Below are positions 46,835-58,800 of a stretch of 64,000 nt of DNA, piece by piece. Origin of the DNA: Yuukianura sp. NJ FZ-2021 (taxonomy: Eukaryota); the NCBI GenBank assembly GCA_046563655.1, contig CM102290.1:13578001-13642000 (forward strand). The letters run 5' to 3'. The notes under the pieces were generated by a model. It was not told where the DNA came from, did not search any database, and saw only the letters and a list, made by a program, of their open reading frames with translations. The position numbers and the translations under genes are program-made. How positions within the stretch are numbered: the stretch's first letter is position 1; each line of letters opens with the position of its first letter.

Positions 46835-49800
46835 ATGTACTCCGTCGTGAGCCACTTGTACTCGAGGCCACAGAGGGAGAAGAGAGGTGGCGCTGGTCGC
46901 GGTCGGAAGGACTTATCGTGTTCTGGACGTTTCATTAGCTACATTCGGAAGCGACTCAACAGAAACAAGGACATCACTTCAGGTAAACCACTTACACTTT
47001 ACTCTTTTCTATAAAAACGCATTTTACTGCAAAATATCAAATTCAGTCGAACAAAACGTTATCACTTTTCTACTACGGAATGCTGAAATCGTGTGCTTGC
47101 GACAAATTTTTGCTAATTTTTCGAAAATATAGAAATTGGCGAAATTGCAAACAGAAGCTAATTGGCAAAAAGGATTTGGATTTAATTCGATTTTATTTAT
47201 GAAGCCCATTTTGCACTTACTTTCACTATTGGCAGCCTTCCCACTTCTTCCCTTGTGCAATATTCCATAATTTCTCCATTCTAAAAATTACCAACACTTA
47301 AGTAAAGGCGGAGCATCTGAATTTGTCACCTTACGATGTGAACTAACACGTTTGCATAACCTTAGCCTCTCACTCACGCGAGGTTAAGGCTGTATCGCAC
47401 TCATTTCATGCAGGTTTTCAAATACTGCAGAGGAATCAAGTTTTCCTTTTTAGAAAGGTTTTCGGTTTACGTACTTATAAATTATAACACCTAAATAATA
47501 ACTAACAACTAAAATAAATTTAACATGAGATCAAAGCCTTTAATCTTCTACAACGTCCGCAAAACTTTTAAGATTTATGCAAGTGAAAGTTTGGAGACAC
47601 TTTGGTGATAAGCATCACGCAACGCCAGCACAAATAGGCTGAAACAGCTTAAAATTTTGTTTGAATTTCAAACTTTAGTGTTTACTAAGCACAACAAAAA
47701 TTATCCTTTGCTCTAACTACTGCAGTACATAACTTGATGGTGAAAAGTGAAAGCTAAACATTGAATTCAGCGGAAGTCGAGAATCCAGAATGAGTTTGTG
47801 TTAATTCAGAATTTAGTTTAGGACTAAGAAATAATATTTCCTACTTTGCCCCATTTACTCCTTCTACTTTAAAATTCAGTGAAAATTGTTTAAAATTTAT
47901 TCGACTCTGAAAAGTTCTAAACACAAATTGTATATTTTTCCAACTTAAAATTTCGCTCCACTGCATCCCATTCTGTTCCTATGGAACATTAAACACGTCG
48001 GCATGAGAAACAGCCTAGACTAGCACTTTCACCAACTAACAAAGCTAACATTTTCTATCGTTTCTAAACCATAAACTGCACTGACAAATCCTTTACTCGT
48101 TTTTTACTCTTGATGGATTGCGGATAAGAACGACCATGATTTGTCTACTTCAGTCTTTCAGTTTGTTTCAGTTTCAAAGATCAGTTTTAGCATTATCTAC
48201 CAAGGTTCAGTGCAAAGACGATTCTGGCGGCTCTAGCGGTGGAAACCAGAACAAAGCTGGAACCTTATTCTGAAAATCACTCTATTCCAGTGCGATAGAT
48301 GGAGATCATGTCAAGGAAAAGTAAATGTTTGGTGAGAAAGCAGCGGATGTTGGTGTGCTTTCTCCGATGCTTTCTTGTCATGTGACTTTCTATCTAGGAA
48401 CTACTAAGAACTCTATTTACGATGATCAAAAAACCTGCTTGGAAGTAATGTCACATCAACCAGTATGTAATCCACTTCCAAATTGAAAACGATACACACC
48501 GAGAATAACTTAACGCCAAAATCAATTCGTTTTATTTCCGCCAATAAGAAGAGGCATAAATCTCAACACTAAAAGCTTTTCCGCTTGTTTTCACCTTCAA
48601 GTTGGTTACTCAAAGCATTAATTTTTACATTTTGAAATATTTGTGAACAAATATAAAGTTTCATGTTTCTTGCTCTAAGTTCCAGTATTTTTTTTTAAAT
48701 TCTGAAATTGGACAAATTTATGGAAGTATTTATGGTCCTTAGTAAGTGGTCATACATTGTAAGTAAGGAAACAATGGAATATGGACAATAACAAGGAGAA
48801 AGTGGCTTCTGAGAGAGAAAGTGGATCGATGAAGAAAGAAAGAGAAGAGTCAGGAGTTATATTTAGCAAAAGGATCCTAGGATTGTAGAAATCGGCACAA
48901 GTCAAGGAATCAGCGAAGACGGGAACAACACGACTTATGATCATTGTACTTTCCTCTTTCCCTCTTTTTACAAATTTATTTCGTAACCATGACTTCAAAG
49001 TAGAAAATAAAATATGAACAAAGGAACTTTCACTTTGAAAGCTGAGCTCATCCGTAGTAGTACGCTGTTCCAGATTCCATTTTTTGTCAAAGAAAAAATG
49101 AAATTCATAAAGCTAAAGGCAGTAGCAGCTTTTCAAAAGAAACTTTTAAATTAGACATTGCTTGCAACATTGCATGACCTACATTAAAATTGAAAAGGAA
49201 TGCATCATTTTCTCAAATTTTTGAAAACCACAATACCAAATTTCTAACTGCAATATGAATTTGCGAGTTGAATCCAACAAATTCTGCGATATTCGTATGA
49301 AAATATCATAAAAATTCGTAAATTTATAGATTTTTTGTGAAATTTATAAGAATTCTAATTAACTGAAGAGTAAACATAAAAAAGTCTTTTGTATTTTCTC
49401 GTAGTGTCAGAAAAACACGTTGGTTGGAGTTCTGAAGTTTCACTGCTGGTTTAATTTAGTCTAAAGTTTCTCTTTCACGTCAACCTTAATAACAATTGCT
49501 TCGTTCTTTAACTAAAATTTGTGACTTCTCCCCTTTTGTAGTTCAGCACAAGTCAAAAGGAAAGTAGTTTATTGAAATTATTAATTCATTACTGGCCTGT
49601 ACTTTCTCCGTCTTCGTTTCTTTCAAGTGTTGTGCTAGTCGCCAGTTCTTTTTAGCACGGGATTTGAATAATGCTAAAATGCTCTTAAGCTCTCATGAGC
49701 TGCCAAATAAATATTCATTGTTGTTGAAACAGTAGCGAAGGAACTTATGCCTTCCAAATTCCCATCATTCCTAGCTACAAACTGGATTTGTCCTAAGGGA

Positions 49801-52800
49801 GTCGTTGGAACAGAGTCTAACCGGAATATATTACATCCACAAAGTCCAAATGAAATATACTCTTTTTATTTGAACAAGAACCACTCCGAGGTCAGAATTT
49901 TAGTGCTCCACTTTGTTCTGAATTCTTATTAAAACTAATTCTTTAGAATTTTAAAATGTTTGAATTACTTTCTTTCAATTTTGATTAATCAGACTGCCAG
50001 AAACAAAGTTTAACAAATTTAAATGTCAAATTATTTCTCACGGGCGCTTCGTGTAGTTTTTTTTACTTGTTCCTTTATTGAAAAAGAAAGTTGGCAGAAC
50101 TCGGAACAAACTTTTTAGAAAGTTACGAACCGAATTGAACTTTTACTGTGCCAGTTTTGCTTATGCAGCATCAACTTTTAAGTTTTTTTTAAAAGTTGCT
50201 TTTGAGAAACCAGTTTTGAAGGATGTTAAAAAGTGTAGGTTGGGCCTTTCAAGAATCATCTAAATGATGAGCACAGTTCAGTGAACAGCGCTCCAGTCAA
50301 AAAAATAAAGATTGAAATCTCTTGGAATGTTTTTGAATCGTAGAAGTTGAAACGACTGTCAGAGAAAGTTCGATAGGTTTTTTGGGAGAAAGTGACTTTA
50401 AAATTGAACAACCGTGAAGGAGTTCCGGTTGGTTGAGGTTCGTTTGCTTTTAAATTTAGAAGTGAACCAATAATGGAGTAAAACCACGAGGATTGACTGC
50501 TGACGGTGGAATTGACAGAAATAGGAAGAGGAGCAGGTAGTTTCTATTGTAGGTGAACTAGTGACGTAGAACTTTCTCTTTCTGGTCTCAGCTTCCCATC
50601 TTCAGTAGGAAACAAAGCCCGTCCCTTGTAATACCCGGGCAGCTTCCACAGCTTCCTTCCAAACTTCCAAATCCTAGCGCAGCAGCTAGCCTAGCCTCTA
50701 GCATTCTTTTTTAAAAAAGTTGGACAGAGAGACGGCGCGATGGAAGTTGGGAAGCTAGGAGACCTGCCTTGTAGGGCTTTCCCTCCGCTCATCCCTCTGA
50801 TAAGTCTCCTTTCCAAGCAATAAGACACAGTTCCACACGGCACACTTCGCAATCAACAGTTAGTTCCCAGGCTCCTCCGCAAAACAAGAATTTTAGAACA
50901 GGATTTATTAGGTGGGATTTATAACACATTCGCCATTCTTTTCAAATCCCAGCACTCGCTTTCCAGGCTCTCCAAATACAGTTTTTTAGGAAAGTCCTAG
51001 TAAGAACTTCCATTTTAAAAAGAAACATAACTTCCTTGTCATGGCAGGTAATTTACAATTTACAGTACTAAATATCAATGTTTGTTGATTTTGTTTCTCT
51101 TAAGAGGTTGCGTAATACCTCATGTTTTTTTAAATTTTGTAAAAGAGTTCCATTGCATTTCTGGGTATCGTGAGCATAACATTATAAATGATTTTTACAC
51201 ATTTTATATGAAGTTGGTACCACAAATTTTATTTTTTGAAATTGGTGGTACTCCTTTTTTTTGTTATTTTCATTTTTTGATAAACAGCTGTGGTATTGCG
51301 CAACCTGTTAGGAAGAGTAAATGGTTGTCAAGGAACCTTGCTAAAATATTCTCGTATGCAAAAATATTCAATTTTCAGCATTTAGTGCAAATTTGTTTGT
51401 TGGTGAATGAATTTAGCGTTTTCTTGGTAAAAACGTTTTATTTTGTTATGCTTTTTTTGTACTGTCTTTGTCTAGTGTTCAATTGTCTTTGTAGTTTTGT
51501 AAATGGCTTGAAATTTTATTTAGCATGAGACCCATAACATAAGGAAGCAGAACTGCCAAGTTAGAGTTTCGGGTGAAAGTTTCTGTTAATTGGAGACTAT
51601 GACTGTCAAAGTACGGCTTCTCGCTTTTAATTGGAGTCTCACAATACCGGCAGTGTGCCAACTTAAATTACTTTCAACTTTTTCCTTACTTTCTCCAGTT
51701 TAATTTTCCTTGTTACTTTATATTTTTTTCACAATTTTTTAGAAAAATTTTACAACAAATTCAAACATATGTATCCTTTTTCCTTGTTGTTCAAAATTGA
51801 GCTATTTCAAAAATGACGAAAGCCATTACAATCCTAAAGTCGTAAAATCAGAAAGCTTGAGTTTTATTTTCCAGTAATTGAACTGCTGGCTATGAAAAAA
51901 GTTTAAAACGCTTTTTGTGTTTTTGTGAAATTGAAAAATTGAAGGAATTGGCTGAGAAAGGGAAAGTTTGTGATTGAAAGTGGGTTTTTATTGGGTTAGA
52001 ATGGATTGACAAGTCGTTTCCAGCATGTGGAATGGTCTTGCCTGTGTTATGGCTTTTGAGATCGATGAAATTGATTCCAGGATCTCCAGCGGAGTTCCTC
52101 ATTGTCACTCTTATGAATGTGATCACTTTCCCTTTTGTCACAGTGTCTCATCTAAAGAAAATCAATCCTTTCCAAACGGGACGACATCAGAAGCGACAGA
52201 GCGATGCCATGTTTGGTACCAAGGGAAAGAAAGGTATCACCTCCATCCCTCACAAACTTTCTTTTGTTTGTCTTTTGAATTTATTAAATTTCATACACTA
52301 TCTACTCCGCCTTAAGTTGACACTCAGCTATATATCTCTTTCAGGGCAACAGAGACAACAAACCGACAAAGCTTTTTTTGAAGCCCTTTGCTCTAGTAGA
52401 TACAAGGTTCCTATAGCAACCAAATAAAATTAACAGGTTAGGCAGTAAGTCCCCCTTTCAGGAAAATCTCTCCCCAAACTATTTTTTTCACCCAAGTTTC
52501 ACCCAGATTTATTTTGTATAAAGGTTTGCACCAAACTTAACGTTCAAAATGAATTAAAAACAATTCGGTTTCCATTAAAAAAGAAGCGACTTATTGCCTA
52601 ACCAGTTAAAGAAAAATAAACTATTTTCTTGTTTACGAACCTAGAGTAGATATTTCAGCATGAGAAAATTTCACAATAAACAGGTCTTCCGGCCCAGGTT
52701 GGTCTCTGTGAAAGTATGTTGGTAACTCATTCTTAAAGTTACTCTAGAGGAATGAACTAAAACTGTGTTCCATAAGTTGCCAAAAGTTAAGTTTAAGCAG

Positions 52801-55800
52801 AACCTTCTTTTAAGTATCGCCATGCCATAAACAAAAGCGACTCTGAGATCTGTGCTGACTATTTATATTTCCCTCATTTCCTCTCTTTTCTCCGGTACTT
52901 GAAGGCAGGAGAGGCTCTTAGAAACTTAAGCCCTCCAGATACTGCGTCAGTGAAAAAACAAAGGGCTTGAGAATTCATAAGCTTAAGAAACTAATTTAGT
53001 CTCATGTTTCTCCAGAACTTGTTTCTTGGAACAGGAAACAAGCGAATTCCATTTAGACAGGCTCATAGTCTTTAATTCTCCATTTAGACCAATGGCATTT
53101 GGTATTGTCTTTTCTATGCCACTGAATCAATCAAACTGTCGTTGAGGTCCCATAACCACAAACATGTCACAGGAGTCGCGGCCAAGGTTGCAATAGCGGC
53201 CAAATGCGCTAACAGGTTATGCCATAACTCCGATTTAAAAAAAAACACGAAAAAACAACGTTTGTACCAGTTTTATTGATTTTCGCAATAATTTTTGAAA
53301 TTTTTTAATTTTCACGTTACTGAGTCATAGTTTTGATTTCGAATTGGTAACGCAAAGGATCCGCGTGTGAGATGTGGGGTTCAAAAAATTTGAAAATTTG
53401 AAAAAAGGAATTATGGTATAACCTGTTAAGAAAACACAAACAAAATTTCAAACAACCTTGTCCCGCCAGACTCGAATATTCTACATTCTAAACATGCGAG
53501 TTAAAATTTATAAACCCGCGTAGCTGAAAAGCAGCGGAAGCTAGTACTTTTTAAGCCAAAATCTTGTTAGCTCCACAATTTAGCTAAAACAAGACGATAT
53601 TTTAGTCTTGAAAGGTAAAAGATGTGGGTTTTTAGATTTCGATTTGGAACGCAGTGTCTACGGCGTTAGATTTGTGGTGGTAAAAGCTTGAGAATTTTAC
53701 CTGCAAACTAAGCATCAGACTCTTCAACATGCGAAAAAGTAGAAAAGTCGTTTTTGTTCCCAACTGACACACTGACAAAGATGCTTAAACTCCCATTTCT
53801 TTAAGCCCGCGAATTCTTTGGAGACGGAGAAAGTTGAGCCTGGAATTAATGGAACCTCAAAGTGAACTTCGCCTTGTCCGTCCGTGCCCCAGAAGTTCAC
53901 AGAAACCTTGTGTGTCAACTTTAAATAGAAAGTTTTTACCTTTCCTAAGTCCGTCTTTTCCGTCTTAGCATGAAGGAAAACATGAAAAGACGCAAAAGAA
54001 AAACTTTCGGGGGGAGATTTTGAACTTTGTACACAAGCAGGAGTTCATACGACGTAGAAAGGCAGTTTGGCCTTCGGCGTCTAAACAGCCGAGCTAAGAC
54101 AGAAAAAATTATGCAGGAAAACGAGGGAGAGGGAGTAACTATTGCGCAAATTGAAACTTTCGTACATTTAGAAATTTTGAGACAACTTTATAAAAGATTC
54201 ATGTTAGGCTTAACGAGATGGAGTATTACAGACACTGCCATGTTTGCAATGTTCTCATTATTGACTTTCTTCAAAATTCAAAATTTTTTCTGCTAGTGCC
54301 TTTAAATCATGTTTCTTTTTCATCTAATTTTTGCACCACTTTACTCCAATTTCCTATTTCGCATTACGGATAAATCAAACAAAACTTCGCAGTAGTTCTG
54401 TTACTCAATTCCTTTGTATCGTGTTCATCTCAGACCCGATCATCAATCACTTCTTTGTTGTCATAAAAATGGAAAATGTGGTTTGTTTAGCAAAATCTGG
54501 CGAATCTTGCCTCCATCTGCAATTTCTCTTCGGATCGAACCAGCTTCCTATAAATATAGTTTTTGTGTTGGAAAATGGGGTAATATTTCACTATTACTGA
54601 AATGGACGTCACTTTGCTAGGAAGATCAAAGTGACGTGCACTAATACGTCAACGTCAACTAAAACGTAAACGTCATTAAATTTTTTAAATTTTGTTAAAA
54701 ATTAAAAAAAAATTTTAAATTATGGGTTTGTCGGCCCCGTTGGTTTAGATTTTTTTTTGTCAAAATGCAATTTGATTTGTACCCTAAATCCTTGCATATA
54801 CCTCGCAAATTTTTCTAGCCCGAGACGAAATCGGAAAAATAATTTTCAAAACTTATAAAATTCCTTTTTCCAGAAACTCGGAAATTTTGTATTAGGTTTG
54901 AACCGCATTAATAATCTGCGGCGTATACGCGAGGATTTAAGGTAATTGAATTTGGATTCGATAGTTTTTTTTTAATTACTTCCAGGATAACGTATAAAAT
55001 GGCTGCTGTATGTAATTGGAATGGGACTATTGAAATTGATTTGAAATTTGGAGTTGGCCATGCGTGTATTTCTCCAGTCATTACAAGAACCCATTTGTAA
55101 TGGAGAAAGTGCGCTGCTCTAGTTAAACTTTCTATTTGATCTGTTTGCTCAGTTGGTACACGCTTCAGCCTTTCCGATTTTCCAATTTACCTTAACCGTA
55201 GTACTTCCTGTTCTGAAAATGATCAAAGGTGGATGCTGCAGAAATTGATTGCGTTTCGTTTTGAAAACCGAAGTATCAAAATGTCAGCCCCAATGCATTT
55301 CATTTTCAAAAGATTGGCCTTCAGTTACTAGGCTGAAGATGATTAATGATTCAAACATGCAATTCATCCGTTTTTACCACCAAATCCCCCATTTTTACCA
55401 CTTTCAGCCCAATTTCTGCCACAGTTGAGATAACTCCGACTTTGGTATTTGTCCAAAGAGGCTCTTCTGGCAGATGAGGTTATCGATATGGGATTGTTAC
55501 TTTGGAGAGAAAGCGATTCTTCCAGGCCCATCCTTGGTCAGGATTCGACTGGACCAAAAAGAGATGCCAAAACTTACAGATCTCTTAGCTCCTGCCAAAT
55601 CGATTATACGACCCATATCTACTGTCACATCTTTAGTCTCTCTCGCTTGTTTATGACGTTCCGCTTGAACAAAGATGATACCATCCTTACAACTCTTGAC
55701 AACATATTCTCCCCGTTTGACAAGAAAATTTGGAACAAATTATATTGGCTTAGAACATGCAACATGCAACATAGTGTACAAAAACAATCGATCTGGGTTA

Positions 55801-58800
55801 TTGATTTATGATTCCAAACTGTTAAAGTGTGGAACCAATTTGAGTACTGACGGAAAGCAGAAGCTCGTTAGAAGATTTCAAACGGCAAGTGTCGTTAATT
55901 ATTATAATGATGGAGAATTATTAGTAGTACAGTAGAGCCTCTCATTACGCAACACGCTCTGATTGGTTGGTTTGAAGAATAGTATTCACGGTTACTGCAC
56001 GGCTCAAAATTCTGAAATATTGAAGCAGCGTTTTGTTTAGCAAATTAAATTTCTTCAAAAATGGAAGTTTTACGGTATCTCATGGACAGGAGAGGCGGAG
56101 CAAAGAGTTGTACAATGAGAGGTTCTACTGTAAACGGATTGGTGCACGGTGCAGATAGTTTTTAATGCTTTTAGTATCATATATAAACCGTTGATTAATG
56201 CAGGAGAAAGTTAATTTTAGTATTGAAAACATTCAAAGGAAATTGAATTAAATAGAAATATTGGATTCTACTCAACAGATTCATTTCATTTCTGAAGTAT
56301 AGTCAAGAAGCCGTTTTCTAGCACATAACTCATAATACGCAGACTATGGGACAAAGACTGGAGAAAGACATAATTAAATTTGGTATTTTCAGAAGAAGAT
56401 GGGGATGAGCTCAATTTGCACGTCACTCGCTACAGGCCCGAAGAATTGGACAAATTGGCTCGGACGACCAAATTTAGTCGCAAAGAGATCCAGCTCATCT
56501 ACCGTGGATTCAAGCAGGTTAGAACCTAATATGTTATGCCATTCTCCAGGAAATAACTGCTACTTAAGTTCTGCGAAGCAGTGAAGCAAAAGATGGACGG
56601 TCCTTGTGTAAACTCCTTCAAAAGAAGATAATGGCTTTGGCTAGAGGGATCTAACTGCCAAAAAAGAGACTTTCTTTTGTAAATGGACTTAAATTGCATG
56701 TCATAGTCCAGGGTCTCTGACTTTTCTGGACTACTGGAACGTGACAGTCCGAGAGCACAATGTCTTTTTTCCTGGAAACTTTCGTAGTACTTTAGTTATG
56801 TGGACTTGAGAAAGTTATGACAACGTCTTGGGTCATTGCTTTACAGGAGTGTCCCACTGGGCTCGTGGACGAAGATGCCTTCAAGGCCATTTTTGCCCAA
56901 TTCTTTCCACAAGGAGGTAAGATCCCAATTTCCTTAACTTTTTTTTTCGTATGACCAAACTTTCTCCTAGTATTTCTTCCGTACATGTCAGGCAGGTTGT
57001 TGAGGCGCCACTTTTTAAAAAAGTTTGAGTTTCATGGGAAACGGCTGGAATTGGTCCCATGATGCTCGCCGAACGTTAAGATTCTCGTTTCTTTTTGGTT
57101 TTGTAGATGCGACTCAATATGCTCACTATGTTTTCAATACAATCAAGCAGAATGCTTCGGGGCAGATAAGTTTCGAGGTAATTCCGGTGCTTGAGTGGGT
57201 TTTTGGAGTATGTTGTAACTAGCACATAGAAACCCCACTTACGAATTCGTTTGTTAGGAGTTTTTGGGGATTCTGTCGAAAGTCTCAAGAGGATCTATCC
57301 AGGAGAAACTACAATGGATTTTTGGACTCTACGATCTGAATGGAGATGGTCTCATTACTAAGAATGAGATGCTTGATGTAGTAACATCCATCTATGAAAT
57401 GCTCGGAAGAAACACGGAGCCTCAGGTCGAGGAAAATTCAGCAAAGGAACACGTCGAGCGGATATTCCATGTAAGCATAAGTTTTGAAAACTTTTTAACT
57501 TCATGTACCGCCTACTTCTGTCGTTCTCCAAACTTTCTCCAGGAGCAGCAGGAAACAAACAATTAGTACAGTAGAACTCCTCGTTGGGAAACTTTTCTCC
57601 TGACGGCGGGATACCGTAAAACTTACGGTTTTGATGAGATTTAATTTGTAAACAAAGAAAATCATAAAGTTATCGGCAGTGGAATATCTCAGGCATATTA
57701 GAATTTGAAACCGTAAGGTAGCAGCCAAAAGTAGTTTTATTCGAACCAGCCAATCAGAACACGTTGCGCAACGAGAGGTTCGACTGTATTCAATTTCCAG
57801 CGTTAGCCCATCTCAGCCTTATGCATGAATCACCCCTTCCCACCATATTTTCTTCTTTTCAAAATTCAGGACGGAACAGCTTGTGTTTGCTAGGATTAAT
57901 TAACACTATAGAGCACGCCTTGTTCCTAATGATCGATTTTCGAGGCTTAATGCTCCACTCGTTCCTGGTTTTCAAAGAACGGCGTAACCCCCTTCTTCGT
58001 CTTCCTCGTTCACATCATAATTTATATGTGCCAAGCATTTTCGAATAACCGACAGATGCTCCCAGCGTCATCCTGAATCTACCAACTTTGTCACCGTCCC
58101 TGGATAGCGTCACATTGTAAAAGAGAATTTGATGAATTGACACTGGGATCCCATTGAACATAAAAGTCCAAATGGATTTTGACGAATGGCCACAAAATCC
58201 TGGCATACTCTATTGATCCTCTTCGTTCTGAAAGACTTTCTGCACCATTCCGAGGAGATTTATGATGACGAAAAGTTTCCGCAGTATCCGGTCCGTGTCG
58301 TCACTTACTTTTTGAGGTTTCCACTACTCTACTTGCTGAATTAAATTTCAGATCGAAATCAGGACATTATCCAAAATTTGTTCAAGGGTTGACGATATTC
58401 AGGTTCGGGGCTTAGAATGTGTAAAATGGAAGGCCAACAGGAAAAACTCTTGAGATAGAAAATGCCGCCAGGTTTGGAATCTCCGTTCCTTTACAGCTAT
58501 CAAATTTCATTTGAGTTTTACAACATTTTGACACAAAACCGATGAAACCGGCTATCTCACCCATTTTTGATTGACGGACAAAAGGGAATTCAGGGAAAAG
58601 TGCAAAAATGAATTCATGAGTCGCACACTGTGCTATTCATATGGAAATTTTGCAACACAGAGGAGTCTAAATGAAAAACGAAGCATTGCCAAATGTTCCC
58701 ACCACCGTGGATGATTTGAAATTTGTGCAAAATCACATTGTCAAACTTTTTTTTTCTCTAACACAATCCTTTTTCTGTCTGATTATTCCCCCATGGAAAT

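Noticed and set aside
51082..51528. 148-aa hydrophobic ORF (also 33417-33719 and 44798-45046)
   Set aside because: Largely reads through P-like MITE copies; similar pseudo-peptides recur wherever the MITE is inserted.
51769..51782. GTATCCTTT resembling a U12 5' splice site
   Set aside because: No plausible exon upstream; all reconstructed introns are ordinary GT-AG.
55449..55935. Cluster of 60-120 aa ORFs in the KChIP intron (also 37597-37791 and 58015-58206)
   Set aside because: No recognisable motifs, weak or non-ATG starts and no consistent splice pattern.
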